From a virus (taxonomy: Duplodnaviria > Caudoviricetes): 51,845 nt of DNA. Below are positions 26,058-36,570 of this stretch, piece by piece. The notes beneath the pieces were generated by a model, which saw nothing but the letters and a program-made list of their open reading frames with translations, ran no database searches and had not been told where the DNA came from. Position 1 is the first letter of the stretch, and each line of letters opens with the position of its first letter. The translations under genes were made by a program, and so were the position numbers. The stretch lies in IMG/VR virus record IMGVR_UViG_3300035670_013246, positions 1 through 51,845 of that record, one strand, 5' to 3'.

Positions 26058-27348
26058 AACCCTATCCCAGGCATTGGGGGCTGCTGTTACCAAGCCTTCA
26101 GCCAGTATGAGTGAATGGCTGGGCAAGACCATCAAGCTGTCGGATGGAGGTTTCTGGAGTGCCTTCAACGGCGCCCAGTCCAGTAGTGGTAAGTCAGTCA
26201 GCGTCGATAAGGCCATGCGATTGTCCACAGTGTGGGCATGCGTTCGGATTATCTCGACTTCGGTAGCTGGCTTGCCGTTGAGCATCTACCGGCGGATGCC
26301 CGATGGTAGTCGAGAGAGCGCCCGTGATTTCCCGCTGTACGATGTTGTGCACAACAGCCCCAACGAAGACATGGCTGCCTTTCATTTCTGGCAGGCAGTC
26401 GTCGCCTCGATGCTGTTGTGGGGCAACGCCTACTGCGAGATCCATCGCTCTGCTGGGCGCGTCATCGCCTTGGACTTCCTGATGCCGTCGAGAGTCGATC
26501 TGGAGTTCGACGACGATGGACGGCTCAGGTATTTCTTCAAGCCCCGAAAGGGAGCCCGTCGAGAGATCCAGCGGCAGGACATGCTGCACATCCCAGCCTT
26601 TACCCTGGATGGCCGAGTCGGCCTTTCTGCTATTCGGTACGGTGCAGACGTGTTCGGTTCAGCGATGTCAGCAGACGATGCCGCCAACAGCACGTTCCGA
26701 AACGGCATGATGCCCACGGTCGCGTTTTCGGTCGACAAGACGCTCAACCCAGCCCAGCGCGTTGAGTTTCGTGAGTACGTGAAGACCATTTCCGGAGCGC
26801 TGAATGCCGGCAAGAGCCCTGTGCTCGAGCAAGGCGTGAAGCCGGAGATGATCGGCATCAACCCTGCCGATGCTCAGCTGCTCGAGTCGAGAGGCCACAG
26901 CATCGAAGAGATCTGCCGATGGTTCGGTGTTCCGCCCTGGATGGTGATGAAGACCGACAAGGGCAGCAACTGGGGCACAGGCTTGGAACAGCAGCAGATC
27001 GCGTTTCTCACCTACTGCATCATGTCCTTCACGGCGCCTATCGAGCAGTGCGTAAACAAGTGGTGCATGACGGCTGTCGACCGGATCAAGTTCTACGCAG
27101 AGTACTCACTTGAAGCGTTCCTGCGTGCGGACAGCGCTGGTCGCGCGGCCTATCTCAGCACGATGGGGCAGAACGGCTACATGACCCGAAACGAGGGCCG
27201 GCGGAAAGAAAACCTTCCGAGCATGCCGGGTGGCGATGTACTGACCGTGCAATCCAACCTGGTGCCACTTGACCAGCTGGGCAAGCAAAACGATAGCCAG
27301 GCCGCAAGGGCCGCATTGATGAACTGGCTCCAACAGCCGGAAAAGTAA
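26050..27348 (+). CDS. Portal protein, HK97 family
   Basis: STVWACVRIIS, LLWGNAY, EICRWFGVPP, MTRNEGRRKENLP. Confidence 0.93.
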   Translation: MIKTLSQALGAAVTKPSASMSEWLGKTIKLSDGGFWSAFNGAQSSSGKSVSVDKAMRLSTVWACVRIISTSVAGLPLSIYRRMPDGSRESARDFPLYDVVHNSPNEDMAAFHFWQAVVASMLLWGNAYCEIHRSAGRVIALDFLMPSRVDLEFDDDGRLRYFFKPRKGARREIQRQDMLHIPAFTLDGRVGLSAIRYGADVFGSAMSADDAANSTFRNGMMPTVAFSVDKTLNPAQRVEFREYVKTISGALNAGKSPVLEQGVKPEMIGINPADAQLLESRGHSIEEICRWFGVPPWMVMKTDKGSNWGTGLEQQQIAFLTYCIMSFTAPIEQCVNKWCMTAVDRIKFYAEYSLEAFLRADSAGRAAYLSTMGQNGYMTRNEGRRKENLPSMPGGDVLTVQSNLVPLDQLGKQNDSQAARAALMNWLQQPEK

Positions 27349-27364
27349 ATCACGGGAGCAATCC

Positions 27365-28222
27365 ATGAAGCACAAGATCCAGTCTCGCGGCCTGCGCAGC
27401 GAGATGAGCCCGCGCGCGCTCGAAAAATGGAATCCCGCGATCCAGGCGGCCGTCGAGAACACCTCGGACACCATCACTGTTTACGGAGTGATCGGCGAAG
27501 ACTGGTATGGCGAAGGCGTCACACTGAAACGAATCGATGCCGCTCTGCGGGCCATCGGCGAGCGAGATGTCACCGTCTACATCAACTCGCCAGGCGGCGA
27601 CATGTTTGAAGGCATTGCTATCTACAACCGTCTGCAGGAGCACAGCCATCAGGTCACCACCAAGGTGCTCGGCATGGCGGCTAGCGCTGCTTCGATTGTC
27701 TTCCTGGCTGGCAAAAAGCGTGAGGTGGCCAGCAGCGCCTTCCTCATGATCCACAACTGCTGGACCTGGCTCGCCGGCAATCGCAACTACCTGCGCGATA
27801 TCGCTGACGACATGGAGGAGTTCGACGCCGCGATGGCAGACCTCTATGCCGAGACCAGTGGCCAGTCGACAGAAGACATGGCCGAGCTGATGGACGACGA
27901 AACCTACATCCGCGGCAAGCGTGCCGTGGAGCTTGGCCTGGCCACCGGGCTGTTGTCGGCCACTGAAGTAACCGAGCGCGAAACCGAAGACGCCGCGCAG
28001 GCCAATGCGCTCAAGGCCATGGATGTAGCGCTGGCCAAGGGTGGAATGCCTCGCTCCGAGCGCCGCGAACTATTCGCCAGTTTCAAGTCCGGTATGCCTC
28101 GCGCTACCGGCGGGGGTACGCACAACGCTGCCCCGCCCGATAAGCCCCGCGCTGTCGCGCCAGACCTCTCCGCCTCTCTGAGCGCGGCAACCAATCTCCT
28201 CAATTCTCTGAAAGGAAAGTGA
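27365..28222 (+). CDS. ClpP-like prohead protease
   Basis: INSPGGDMFEG, AASAAS, LMIHN. Confidence 0.92.
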   Translation: MKHKIQSRGLRSEMSPRALEKWNPAIQAAVENTSDTITVYGVIGEDWYGEGVTLKRIDAALRAIGERDVTVYINSPGGDMFEGIAIYNRLQEHSHQVTTKVLGMAASAASIVFLAGKKREVASSAFLMIHNCWTWLAGNRNYLRDIADDMEEFDAAMADLYAETSGQSTEDMAELMDDETYIRGKRAVELGLATGLLSATEVTERETEDAAQANALKAMDVALAKGGMPRSERRELFASFKSGMPRATGGGTHNAAPPDKPRAVAPDLSASLSAATNLLNSLKGK

Positions 28223-28224
28223 CC

Positions 28225-29406
28225 ATGGACTTTGAAGCCCAAGTCAAAGAACTCAACGCCAGCCTCAAGGGCATTGGTGATCAGATCAAAGCGCAGGCTG
28301 AGGCTACCGACAAACAGATCAAGGCGTCAGGCGAGATGACTGCCGAAACCCGTACCAAGGTCGACGAACTGCTGACCAAGCAGGGTGAGCTCAATGCCCG
28401 CCTGGGCGAAGCTGAGCAGAAGCTGGTGAACGCCAGCCGTGACCGCGGCAATCAGGAGGAGCCGCAGAAGTCGGTTGGCGCTCTGGTGATCGGCAGCGAA
28501 GAAATGCAGGACATGAACTCGTCCTTCCGCGGGTCTCGCCGCGTGTCCGTACCGCGCGCGGCCATTACCACCGCAACCGGCGGGGACCTGGTGCCTGCTG
28601 AGCGTTTGGCTGGCGTCGTTGCTCCGCCTCAGCGTCGGCTGACCATTCGCGACCTGGTGGCGCCGGGCCAGACCGAGTCGAACTCCATCGAGTACATTCG
28701 CGAGACCGGATTCACCAACAACGCGCGAACCGTGGCGGAGAACACCGCCAAGCCGTACTCCGACATCACCTTCGCGCTGACCACCGCGAACGTCCGCACC
28801 ATTGCCCACCTGTTCAAGGCGAGTCGGCAGATGCTCGACGATGCCAAGGCACTCCAGAGCTACATCGACGGTCGCGCTCGCTACGGCCTGAACATGGCGG
28901 AAGAGGCTCAGCTGCTCTACGGCAACGGTACCGGTGCCAACCTGCAGGGTCTTGTGACTGTTGCTCAGCTGTATGCCCCGCAGGCCGGGCTGACGGTAGT
29001 GGGCGAGCAACGGATCGACCGTCTGCGCCTCGCGCTGCTGCAAGCAGAGCTGGCCGACTTCCCCTCGGACGGCATCGTGCTGAACCCCATCGACTGGGCA
29101 GCGATCGAGCTCACCAAGGATGGAGAGGGCCGGTACATCATCGGCCAGCCGCAGGAAGGCACCAACGCGAAGCTCTGGAATCGCCCGGTGGTTTCGACTC
29201 AGGCCATGACCCAGAACGACTTCCTGGTCGGCGCGTTCAAGCTCGGCGCACAAATCTTCGACCGCATGGAGATCGAAGTGCTGATCTCGACCGAGAACGA
29301 CAAGGACTTCGAGAACAACATGGCAACGATCCGTGCCGAGGAGCGCCTGGCATTCGCGATCTACCGCGACGAGGCGTTCGTCACTGGCCCGTTGGTCACT
29401 CCTTAA
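28225..29406 (+). CDS. Major capsid protein, HK97 family
   Basis: N-terminal coiled-coil delta domain; RLTIRDLV, LLYGNGTG, IRAEERLA. Confidence 0.93.
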   Translation: MDFEAQVKELNASLKGIGDQIKAQAEATDKQIKASGEMTAETRTKVDELLTKQGELNARLGEAEQKLVNASRDRGNQEEPQKSVGALVIGSEEMQDMNSSFRGSRRVSVPRAAITTATGGDLVPAERLAGVVAPPQRRLTIRDLVAPGQTESNSIEYIRETGFTNNARTVAENTAKPYSDITFALTTANVRTIAHLFKASRQMLDDAKALQSYIDGRARYGLNMAEEAQLLYGNGTGANLQGLVTVAQLYAPQAGLTVVGEQRIDRLRLALLQAELADFPSDGIVLNPIDWAAIELTKDGEGRYIIGQPQEGTNAKLWNRPVVSTQAMTQNDFLVGAFKLGAQIFDRMEIEVLISTENDKDFENNMATIRAEERLAFAIYRDEAFVTGPLVTP

Positions 29407-29454
29407 CTCTTCCGCAACGCGGCGCCAGAAATGGCGCCCCAACGGAGTAATCAA

Positions 29455-29991
29455 ATGGCACGTAAACAGGAAACACCAGCATCCACGGCTGATGCGAAGG
29501 ATCCGGTCACCACCGTTGACTCCAGCAGCAGCTCTTCTGAAACTGCCGGTCCGCCTCCTTCGGCTGGCACTGCGCTTGTCCCAGATAGCAGCGACTCAAC
29601 CAACTCGGGTGTCCCGGCAGTTGCTCCAGGCCAAGCGGAAGGCTCGGGGCTGGTGCCGCCAGAAGGACAAGCAGTCGCCGGCAATGGGCCGGATGTCGCC
29701 ACGGGCGATCAGGGTACCAGCCCCGGCATCGCCACAACTGACGCTGCGGGATCCGAAGACGCCGGTCCGGCTGCATCAACCTTGGCCAGAAGCAGCGCCG
29801 GCACTGATCAGGTGGCACCAGAAGAGCAGGCGAAGCCCAACCCTGCGACTCTTCAGATTTATCCGCTGCGGTCTTACATGGATGAAGGCGAGCTTCGTCG
29901 TCGTGGCGGGCCTGCTTATACGGTCCCGCGCCGGCATGCGGAGGAACTGGTGCAGCGGAATCTGGCATCGCTCGAACCGCTGAAGGAGTAA
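29455..29991 (+). CDS. Low-complexity protein with small C-terminal domain (head accessory?)
   Basis: GGAG RBS; A/G/S/P/T-rich; lies between capsid and connector. Confidence 0.65.
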   Translation: MARKQETPASTADAKDPVTTVDSSSSSSETAGPPPSAGTALVPDSSDSTNSGVPAVAPGQAEGSGLVPPEGQAVAGNGPDVATGDQGTSPGIATTDAAGSEDAGPAASTLARSSAGTDQVAPEEQAKPNPATLQIYPLRSYMDEGELRRRGGPAYTVPRRHAEELVQRNLASLEPLKE

Positions 29992-29995
29992 GGGT

Positions 29996-30337
29996 ATGTC
30001 GGTCATCAGCTTGACCATTGCCCGGCATCATCTCCGAGATCCCGACGATGATGACGAATACCTGGAGCTCCTGATCGAGGCGGCAGAAGGGCAGGCTATG
30101 GACTATTTGAACCGTCGCTTCTACGCAGATCAGCAAGCGCTGGACGAAGCTGTCGCTGCCGACGATGCCGGCGAGTCCCCCATGGTCTGCAATAAGCAGA
30201 TCAAGGCTGCCTGCTTGCTGATCCTCGGCCACCTTTACGCCAACCGCGAGGACGTTGTGATCGGAACCATCGCCATCGAACTCCCGCAAGGTTCGAAGGC
30301 GCTCCTGACGCCGCATCGTATCGGGTGGGGCATATGA
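29996..30337 (+). CDS. Head-tail connector (HK97 gp6-like)
   Basis: ARHHLR, IKAACLLILGHLYANRE. Confidence 0.9.
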   Translation: MSVISLTIARHHLRDPDDDDEYLELLIEAAEGQAMDYLNRRFYADQQALDEAVAADDAGESPMVCNKQIKAACLLILGHLYANREDVVIGTIAIELPQGSKALLTPHRIGWGI

Positions 30338-30660
30338 GGGCTGGGCCGCTGCGTCATCGGCTGCAGGTGGCTCATCGACACGAGGAGAGGAATAAATCCG
30401 GGGGCGCCACAGTGACGTGGCTGCCAGCTGCTCGCCCTGAAATGTGGGGTGAGGTTCGTACCCCAAGCGGTCGGGTCATTGCGGTTGCGGAAAAGCTGAG
30501 TGCTGTTGTAACCGCCGAAATCATCGGCAGGCCGCGCCCAGATATCATCGCAGGATCGCGCCTGACGCGCCGGGGGATCACCTACCAGGTTGAGGCCGTT
30601 TTGCCGGACAACGAAAACTCCTTGATGAGGCTTCTCTGCTCATCGGTACCTAACCCATGA
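30334..30660 (+). CDS. Head closure / head-tail adaptor
   Basis: MRAGPLRHRL start; synteny. Confidence 0.85.
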   Translation: MRAGPLRHRLQVAHRHEERNKSGGATVTWLPAARPEMWGEVRTPSGRVIAVAEKLSAVVTAEIIGRPRPDIIAGSRLTRRGITYQVEAVLPDNENSLMRLLCSSVPNP

Positions 30661-30665
30661 GGTGA

Positions 30666-30839
30666 ATGATGAAAATTAGAGCACTAGGCCCTTTGACGGG
30701 CGCATCTGGTGAGCGTGAGAAGGGCGAAGAATTCGAGGTCGACAATGCCTATGGCGAAGGCCTGATTGCCCGAGGCTACGCCGAGGCGGTCACCGACAAG
30801 GCCGCGAAGCCAGCGAAGGCCGATGCGGCCAAGGAGTAG
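30666..30839 (+). CDS. Small 57-aa virion-region protein
   Basis: Manual translation MMKIRALGPLTGASGEREKGEEFEVDNAYGEGLIARGYAEAV...; GAGG RBS. Confidence 0.65.
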   Translation: MMKIRALGPLTGASGEREKGEEFEVDNAYGEGLIARGYAEAVTDKAAKPAKADAAKE

Positions 30840-30842
30840 GGA

Positions 30843-31343
30843 ATGGCGCGCCGGTCGAGCATTCGTGGCGACATCCGTTTACGCCGGACGCTGCGCAACA
30901 TCCACAAGACGATGGACAACGAGTTGCAGCCCGCGATGCTAGAGGCGGCGAACCGCATCCTGGAGACTCAGCGAGAGTTGATGCCCAAGGACACCGGAGC
31001 GGCTGCTGCCGCGCTCAGGGTTTACGTTTCGCCCAGCGGTTTAGATGCCCAGATCGGCATTCGTGGCAAGCGCGACAACCGGCGGTTTTTCTACCTGCGC
31101 TTCATCGAGTACGGCACCAAGGGCTATACCGGCGGTAAGCGGGCCGGTGATCGCAACCGGCGTGTCACCAACAAAAGCGATGGCACCCACTTCTTCGGCA
31201 AATACCCGGATATCCCGGCCAGGCCGGCCCACCCGTGGCTGCGCCCATCTATCCAGGTAAACCGCGAGTATGTCATGGCTGACATCAAAGCCGCCGTGAA
31301 CCGTACGCTGCTCAAAGCGAGCCAGGGGGTTGGCAATGGGTGA
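30843..31343 (+). CDS. HK97 gp10-family neck protein
   Basis: PKDTG, RFIEYGT, PAHPWLRPS. Confidence 0.88.
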   Translation: MARRSSIRGDIRLRRTLRNIHKTMDNELQPAMLEAANRILETQRELMPKDTGAAAAALRVYVSPSGLDAQIGIRGKRDNRRFFYLRFIEYGTKGYTGGKRAGDRNRRVTNKSDGTHFFGKYPDIPARPAHPWLRPSIQVNREYVMADIKAAVNRTLLKASQGVGNG

Positions 31344-31722
31344 TCCATCTCTGGCACTACAGGAGGCCATCTTCGCCAGGCTTCAGACCGAGGTCAGCTG
31401 CCCGATATACGACGGCGCGCCCTTGAATGCTGAAATGCCCTACGTATCCATCGACCGGGAGGTATCGGTCAACAGCAGCCCAATCGCTGGCCGCAAGCGC
31501 GAAACGCGCCTGTTGTACCTGTCCGTCTGGTCCGATGCCGTGGGTCAGGCCGAGGTTAAGCGCATCAACGGCGAAGTCATCGCCGCTTTGGACGAGCGTC
31601 GCCTCCCATTGGAGGTTGGTCGCGCGGTATCCATCCGGGTCGAGCAGGTCGACGCTCAGCGCGACGCCGACGGCATTACTTACCAGGGCTCGATCACCGT
31701 CCGCGTGATCACTACCCACTGA
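31336..31722 (+). CDS. Tail terminator (DUF3168-like)
   Basis: ALQEAIFARL, IYDGAP...PYVSI; synteny. Confidence 0.8.
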   Translation: MGDPSLALQEAIFARLQTEVSCPIYDGAPLNAEMPYVSIDREVSVNSSPIAGRKRETRLLYLSVWSDAVGQAEVKRINGEVIAALDERRLPLEVGRAVSIRVEQVDAQRDADGITYQGSITVRVITTH

Positions 31723-31777
31723 ACCACCCATCTGCCGCGCCGCGGCTTTTATCCAATGTGCCTTTGGAGGAACCCTC

Positions 31778-32278
31778 ATGGCCGACGACAACCTCAACAC
31801 AGCCGCGGGCTGCCGCCTTGCCATCGGCGGAAAGACCGGTGCCGATAGCGAAACCAAGTACAAGGCCGACACGTACGTACAGGTGGGCGAGATCGAAGAT
31901 CTGGGCGAATTTGGCGACACCTTCAGTGCCGTAAACTTCACCTCCCTGAGCGATGGCCGCGTACGCAAGTACAAGGGCACCGCCGACGCGGGGAACATGA
32001 CCATGACCGTGGGCCTGGACAGTGGCGATGCTGGTCAAAAAGCCGTGTCGGTGGCGCACAAGGACCGCTCCAAGGGCAACTACAACGTCAAGGTCACGCT
32101 CAACGATGGTGACCCAGATGCAAGCCCTGTCATCCTGCCCACCACCTTCTACTTCGGGGTGAAGGTGATGAACAACACCGTGGCTCCAGGTGCGGCCGAT
32201 AACGTGGTGCGTCGCAATATGACGTTCGCGATCAACACCGACATCATTGAAATCCCTGCCGGCCCGGCAGGCCCTTGA
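31778..32278 (+). CDS. Major tail tube protein
   Basis: VGEIEDLGEFG, RKYKGTADAG; GGAGG RBS; synteny. Confidence 0.85.
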   Translation: MADDNLNTAAGCRLAIGGKTGADSETKYKADTYVQVGEIEDLGEFGDTFSAVNFTSLSDGRVRKYKGTADAGNMTMTVGLDSGDAGQKAVSVAHKDRSKGNYNVKVTLNDGDPDASPVILPTTFYFGVKVMNNTVAPGAADNVVRRNMTFAINTDIIEIPAGPAGP

Positions 32279-32318
32279 CCGAAGGGGCTGAGCCCCTTCC
32301 TTCGTTGCGAGAACCCCA

Positions 32319-32663
32319 ATGAGCGAAGCCTTGCATGGCACCGTCACGCTGGTAATCGGTGCGCGCAGCTACACCCTCAAGCCTACGTTGGATGCGGCAC
32401 TGCGCATTGAGGCCCGTTTTGGCGGGTTGCGCGCAGCCCTGGAGTCCATGCGCCTGATGAGCATTGCTGCTTGCGCAGACATCGTCATCGCTGGCGCCGA
32501 CCTGAAGCCCGATCAGCACCCGGCCATCGCCGGTGAAGTATTCCACTCCGGTGTAGCCAAAGTGTCCGGTCAGCTGACCGAGTTTATCACTGTCCTACTC
32601 AACCCGGTGCCGCCGAGCGTTGCCGCCCGGGGAAAGGACGAGGCGGCCAGCACAGCGCAGTGA
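32319..32663 (+). CDS. Tail assembly chaperone (gpG-like)
   Basis: Between tail tube and tape measure; slippery GGGAAAG near the 3' end. Confidence 0.8.
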   Translation: MSEALHGTVTLVIGARSYTLKPTLDAALRIEARFGGLRAALESMRLMSIAACADIVIAGADLKPDQHPAIAGEVFHSGVAKVSGQLTEFITVLLNPVPPSVAARGKDEAASTAQ

Positions 32664-32896
32664 AGAACGGCAGCTACGTCGATTACCTATTCGGCGTGGC
32701 CACCGGCTGGCTTGGCTGGCCGCCTGACACCGCGTGGCAGACCCCCATCCCCCAGATCATGCTTGCGCTCGATGCTCACCTCGACTGGACAGGGCGCGGG
32801 CAGGCTGACCAAGGAAAAGCCCAAGCTGCGCCCCAGAAACGGGAGAGCGTCGCCGAAAAGCTCAAAAACTTCCTGCGGGGGAGGCCTAAACAGTAG
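32630..32896 (+). CDS. gpT-like frame reached by -1 frameshift
   Basis: G GGA AAG at 32630-32636; the -1 frame is open into the 32660-32896 ORF (WLGWPPDTAWQTP). Confidence 0.8.
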   Translation, partial: GKGRGGQHSAVKNGSYVDYLFGVATGWLGWPPDTAWQTPIPQIMLALDAHLDWTGRGQADQGKAQAAPQKRESVAEKLKNFLRGRPKQ

Positions 32897-32941
32897 ATAG
32901 CGTGCCGCCTCCGGGCGGATTTTTTGTGCTTGGAGATTTGC

Positions 32942-35900
32942 ATGGCCGACCAACAAGTCCAAGGGATGCTGGTCCAGATCGAGGCCACAACGGCTCAGCT
33001 GCGCCGGGAGCTGGCCAGTGCTGACCAGGTGGTGGCCCGCACCACAGATTCGATCGACCGCAATCTGGCCCAAGTCGACTCCGCGTTTGATAGCGCAGGT
33101 GGTGCGGCCCAGCAGGCTGGCGTGCTCATCCGCGGCGCCTTTGCCGCCGTGGCCGGTGCGGGCATCATCGGCAGCATCATCAAGCAGGTCGACGCCTACG
33201 GGCAGATGTCGGATCGGATGATGGCTGCCGCCAGCAGTGCTGGCGAATACCAGATGGTGCAGGAACACCTGCTGCGCACGGCCCAGGAAACCTACCGTCC
33301 CCTGGCCGAGGCCCAAGAGCTGTACATTCGCACTGCCGATGTCATGCGCAGCCTGGGCTTCAACACCCAGCAGACGCTCGACATCACCGACAGCTTCAGC
33401 TTCCTGCTGGTGACCAACGCCGCCGCCGCCGACAAGGCAGGCTCAGCGTTGGATGCCTACTCTAAAGCGCTGCAAACCGGCAAAGTCGAGGCCGATGGCT
33501 GGGTGTCCATTCAGGAGGCCATGCCGACGATCGTCACGGCTATCGCCAACGCCACCGGCAAGAGCGCTGAAGAGATCCGCAAGCTGGGGGTACAGGGCAA
33601 GCTATCGCTTGACGACATCAATACCGGGCTGCTGCGCACCGTTGAGGCCAACCGTAAGGCTGCGGCTGATATGTCCACCAGCGTACAGGACGCCTTGGTG
33701 AACATCGGCAACGCCGTGCAGACCTTCCTCGGAGGGATGGAAGAGCAGACCGGCGCCGTAGCAGGCCTGTCGAATGTGCTGATTGCGCTGGCCGACAACG
33801 TCGACCTGGTGGCCGTGGCCATGGGGGGAGCTGGCGTCGCCGCGTTGACCAACTACGTCGCTAAGTCTGGGTTGGCCGTAAAAGCGTCGCTGGCCGACCG
33901 CGCCGCGCGTATCGCTCAGGCCGAAGCGGTGTTGCAGGCGGCCTTAGCCGATCAGCGCAAAGCCGAAACCGCTACCATCCTGGCAGCTCGCGAAGCAGTG
34001 GCGGCGCGTGGCACTGCTGTACAGACCCAAATGTCCATCCAACTGGCGCAGGCGCGGGAGCGCGAAGCAGCTGCTACCACCGCGGTTGCAACTGCACAGG
34101 CCGGCCTTCGGACAGTCAGTGCAGGCCTGCTCAGCGTTCTGGGCGGTCCGATGGGGCTTGCCCTGTTGGCCGGCACGGCGGCTGCCAGCTTCCTGCTACT
34201 GAGCAACAACGCCGATCAGGCAGGCGTTAGCCTGGAGGATCTGCGCAAGCCGGTCGCCCAGCTTCGGGAGGAATTCGCAAAGCTCAACAAGGACCAGCGC
34301 GAAGCATCGCTGGTCAAGTGGCAGCAGGAACAGATCACCTCGGCGGGCAAGGTCAAGGATGCGTATGGCGACCTGGCCCAGTCCATCCGCTCTGCCGTGG
34401 TCACTGCGCCGGCGCGTGACTCCGGTGGCCAGTACAACCGGCAGTTGGCTGAGTACCAAGGCCTGGTTGATCGGCTCAACGAAGCGCGCACGGCGGGCCA
34501 AGGGCTTTCGCCGATCCTGCAAGAGGTCGGCAACCGTCTTCAGCTGCCGTCCAGCACGGTGCAGCAGTGGATTACCCAGGCCGGTGCGGTCAGCGACGCC
34601 GACCAACGCTCGAACCTGATCGCCGAAACGCTGCGGGTGCTCACCGGCGTCACCCAAGAAAATACCTCGGCCACCCAGGCGAACAACGCCGCGAAGGTTG
34701 GCATGAGCTCGGCGGGTCAGACCTACCTGGAGACACTGCAGAAGCAGCTGGCCGGCCTCCAAGACAACGGCGATGCCACCAAGATCGCCAACCGCTATAT
34801 CGAGGAAAATGCCGACCTCACCGACACGGATCGCCAGGCGATTCTTTCGGCGGCCAGCGCGATCGAGTCGCAGAAGAAGGCCAACAAGGATGCTACTGAG
34901 GGCAGCAAGGACCGCACGAAGGCGCTGAAGGATGAGATCAAGGCCCTCGACGCGATCATCGACCGCGCGTTGCCGGAGAAAAAGCGGCTGGAGGATCTGG
35001 CGGAGGGTGTGCAGGGGCTGCGTAAGGCGCAAGCCGCGGGCAAGATCACCGCCGCCGAGATGGAACTTGGCATCAAGAACCTGAACACGGCCTACGCCGA
35101 CCCGGTTTTGCAGAAGCGTGCCGAGGAGGAGAAGAAGCTTGCAGAGATCCGCCGCAACAGCGCGGAGGCCTATCGCAAAGCCATGGAAGTGGTGCTGCAG
35201 ACCCGGCAAGACGCCATCGACGCAGACGTGTCCGGCGTCGGCATGGGCGACGACCAGCGCGAGGAGGCCGATCGGCTGAACGCGGTGCGGCAAAAGTATG
35301 CCGAGTCGCGTCGGCAGTTGGAGGAACAGCAGGAGGATGTCTCGCGCCGGCTCAGCCAGGACGCCTATCAGCAGCGGCTAGCTGATCTCGCCGACTACCA
35401 GGCACGGGAGCTGCAAATGGAGGTCGACGGCTTCGAGGCCCGCCTTGAAGCCCAGCGCGACTATCGCAACGGCGCCAAACGAGCCTGGGCGAACATCCAA
35501 TCGGACGCCGCGAACGTGGCGGGGGCAACCGACGACATGCTCACCACCGGCTTCAACTCGGCTCGCGATGCTGTGGCCGAGTTCGCCATGACTGGTAAGG
35601 CCAACTTCAAGAGCTTCGCCGTAAGTGTGATCTCTGACATGGCCAGGATTGCGAGCCAGCAGGCAGCTAGCTCGCTGCTAAGTGGGTTGGTCGGGCTGGG
35701 CGTATCTGCGGTGGGGAGCTACTTCGGCGGTGGTGGGGGTAACGGCATGGCTCCGGGGTCTGCAGGCGCCGTCTCATCGAATCTTGGGGCGTCACAAGCT
35801 GGCTATGGCAGTGCGTATTTTCCGCAGGCATTGGGCGGTGCTTGGTCTGGCGGTGTGCAGCTTTTCGCCAAGGGCGCAGGGTTCGCTACCAATTCCGTCC

Positions 35901-36232
35901 TCGACACCCCGACGATGTTCGGCATGGGCGGCGGTGGACTTGGCGTCGCTGGCGAAGACGGGCCCGAGGCAATCATGCCATTGGCGCGGGGTCCCGATGG
36001 GTCTCTTGGTGTGCAGATGGTCGGCGGCGCCGGCGGTGGTTCGACAGTGCTTCAACTCAGTATTCCGGTTGCCGTGACTTTGGAAGATCGGAGCGGGGAT
36101 GGCATGGAGTTGGACAGCGCCGCGCTGCAGCAGAACATGGAAAGGCAAATGAGAGGAGTAGCGGAACGGGCTATTTCCGATTCCTGGCGAGCCGGGGGTT
36201 TGAGCCATCGAAACAGTAATGGGAGGCACTGA
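32942..36232 (+). CDS. Tape measure protein
   Basis: ~1096 aa, Ala-rich and helical; lambda-type C-terminus with AGEDGPEAIMPL. Confidence 0.93.
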   Translation: MADQQVQGMLVQIEATTAQLRRELASADQVVARTTDSIDRNLAQVDSAFDSAGGAAQQAGVLIRGAFAAVAGAGIIGSIIKQVDAYGQMSDRMMAAASSAGEYQMVQEHLLRTAQETYRPLAEAQELYIRTADVMRSLGFNTQQTLDITDSFSFLLVTNAAAADKAGSALDAYSKALQTGKVEADGWVSIQEAMPTIVTAIANATGKSAEEIRKLGVQGKLSLDDINTGLLRTVEANRKAAADMSTSVQDALVNIGNAVQTFLGGMEEQTGAVAGLSNVLIALADNVDLVAVAMGGAGVAALTNYVAKSGLAVKASLADRAARIAQAEAVLQAALADQRKAETATILAAREAVAARGTAVQTQMSIQLAQAREREAAATTAVATAQAGLRTVSAGLLSVLGGPMGLALLAGTAAASFLLLSNNADQAGVSLEDLRKPVAQLREEFAKLNKDQREASLVKWQQEQITSAGKVKDAYGDLAQSIRSAVVTAPARDSGGQYNRQLAEYQGLVDRLNEARTAGQGLSPILQEVGNRLQLPSSTVQQWITQAGAVSDADQRSNLIAETLRVLTGVTQENTSATQANNAAKVGMSSAGQTYLETLQKQLAGLQDNGDATKIANRYIEENADLTDTDRQAILSAASAIESQKKANKDATEGSKDRTKALKDEIKALDAIIDRALPEKKRLEDLAEGVQGLRKAQAAGKITAAEMELGIKNLNTAYADPVLQKRAEEEKKLAEIRRNSAEAYRKAMEVVLQTRQDAIDADVSGVGMGDDQREEADRLNAVRQKYAESRRQLEEQQEDVSRRLSQDAYQQRLADLADYQARELQMEVDGFEARLEAQRDYRNGAKRAWANIQSDAANVAGATDDMLTTGFNSARDAVAEFAMTGKANFKSFAVSVISDMARIASQQAASSLLSGLVGLGVSAVGSYFGGGGGNGMAPGSAGAVSSNLGASQAGYGSAYFPQALGGAWSGGVQLFAKGAGFATNSVLDTPTMFGMGGGGLGVAGEDGPEAIMPLARGPDGSLGVQMVGGAGGGSTVLQLSIPVAVTLEDRSGDGMELDSAALQQNMERQMRGVAERAISDSWRAGGLSHRNSNGRH

Positions 36233-36570
36233 TGGCGATCGAAACTTTCACTTGGACACCTGACGATGAAGCCGGTGGCGACAGCACCCTCCGGACCCGG
36301 AAGTCGCAGTTTGGCGATAACTATGTGCAGGTCTCCACCAATGGTTTGAACGCTGAGTCGGACAGCTGGGCGCTGTCGTTCGGCGGCTTGGCTGACGAGA
36401 TCGCGCCCATCTTGGCTTTCATCCGTCGCCATCGCGGTGCCAAGTCATTCTTATGGACCAATCCCGAAGGAGTGCTCGGTTTGTACCGGTGCGAATCCTT
36501 CCGTCAGCAGCGTAAGCCGGGTGCGGTGATCCTGCTCACCGCAACCTTTGAAAGGGCGTATCACCCATGA
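36232..36570 (+). CDS. Minor tail protein M-like
   Basis: ETFTWTP, QFGDNYVQ, GAKSFLWT. Confidence 0.88.
   Translation: MAIETFTWTPDDEAGGDSTLRTRKSQFGDNYVQVSTNGLNAESDSWALSFGGLADEIAPILAFIRRHRGAKSFLWTNPEGVLGLYRCESFRQQRKPGAVILLTATFERAYHP

Noticed and set aside
28327-30466. 375-aa and 319-aa - strand ORFs
   Set aside because: Shadows of capsid and head-completion genes.
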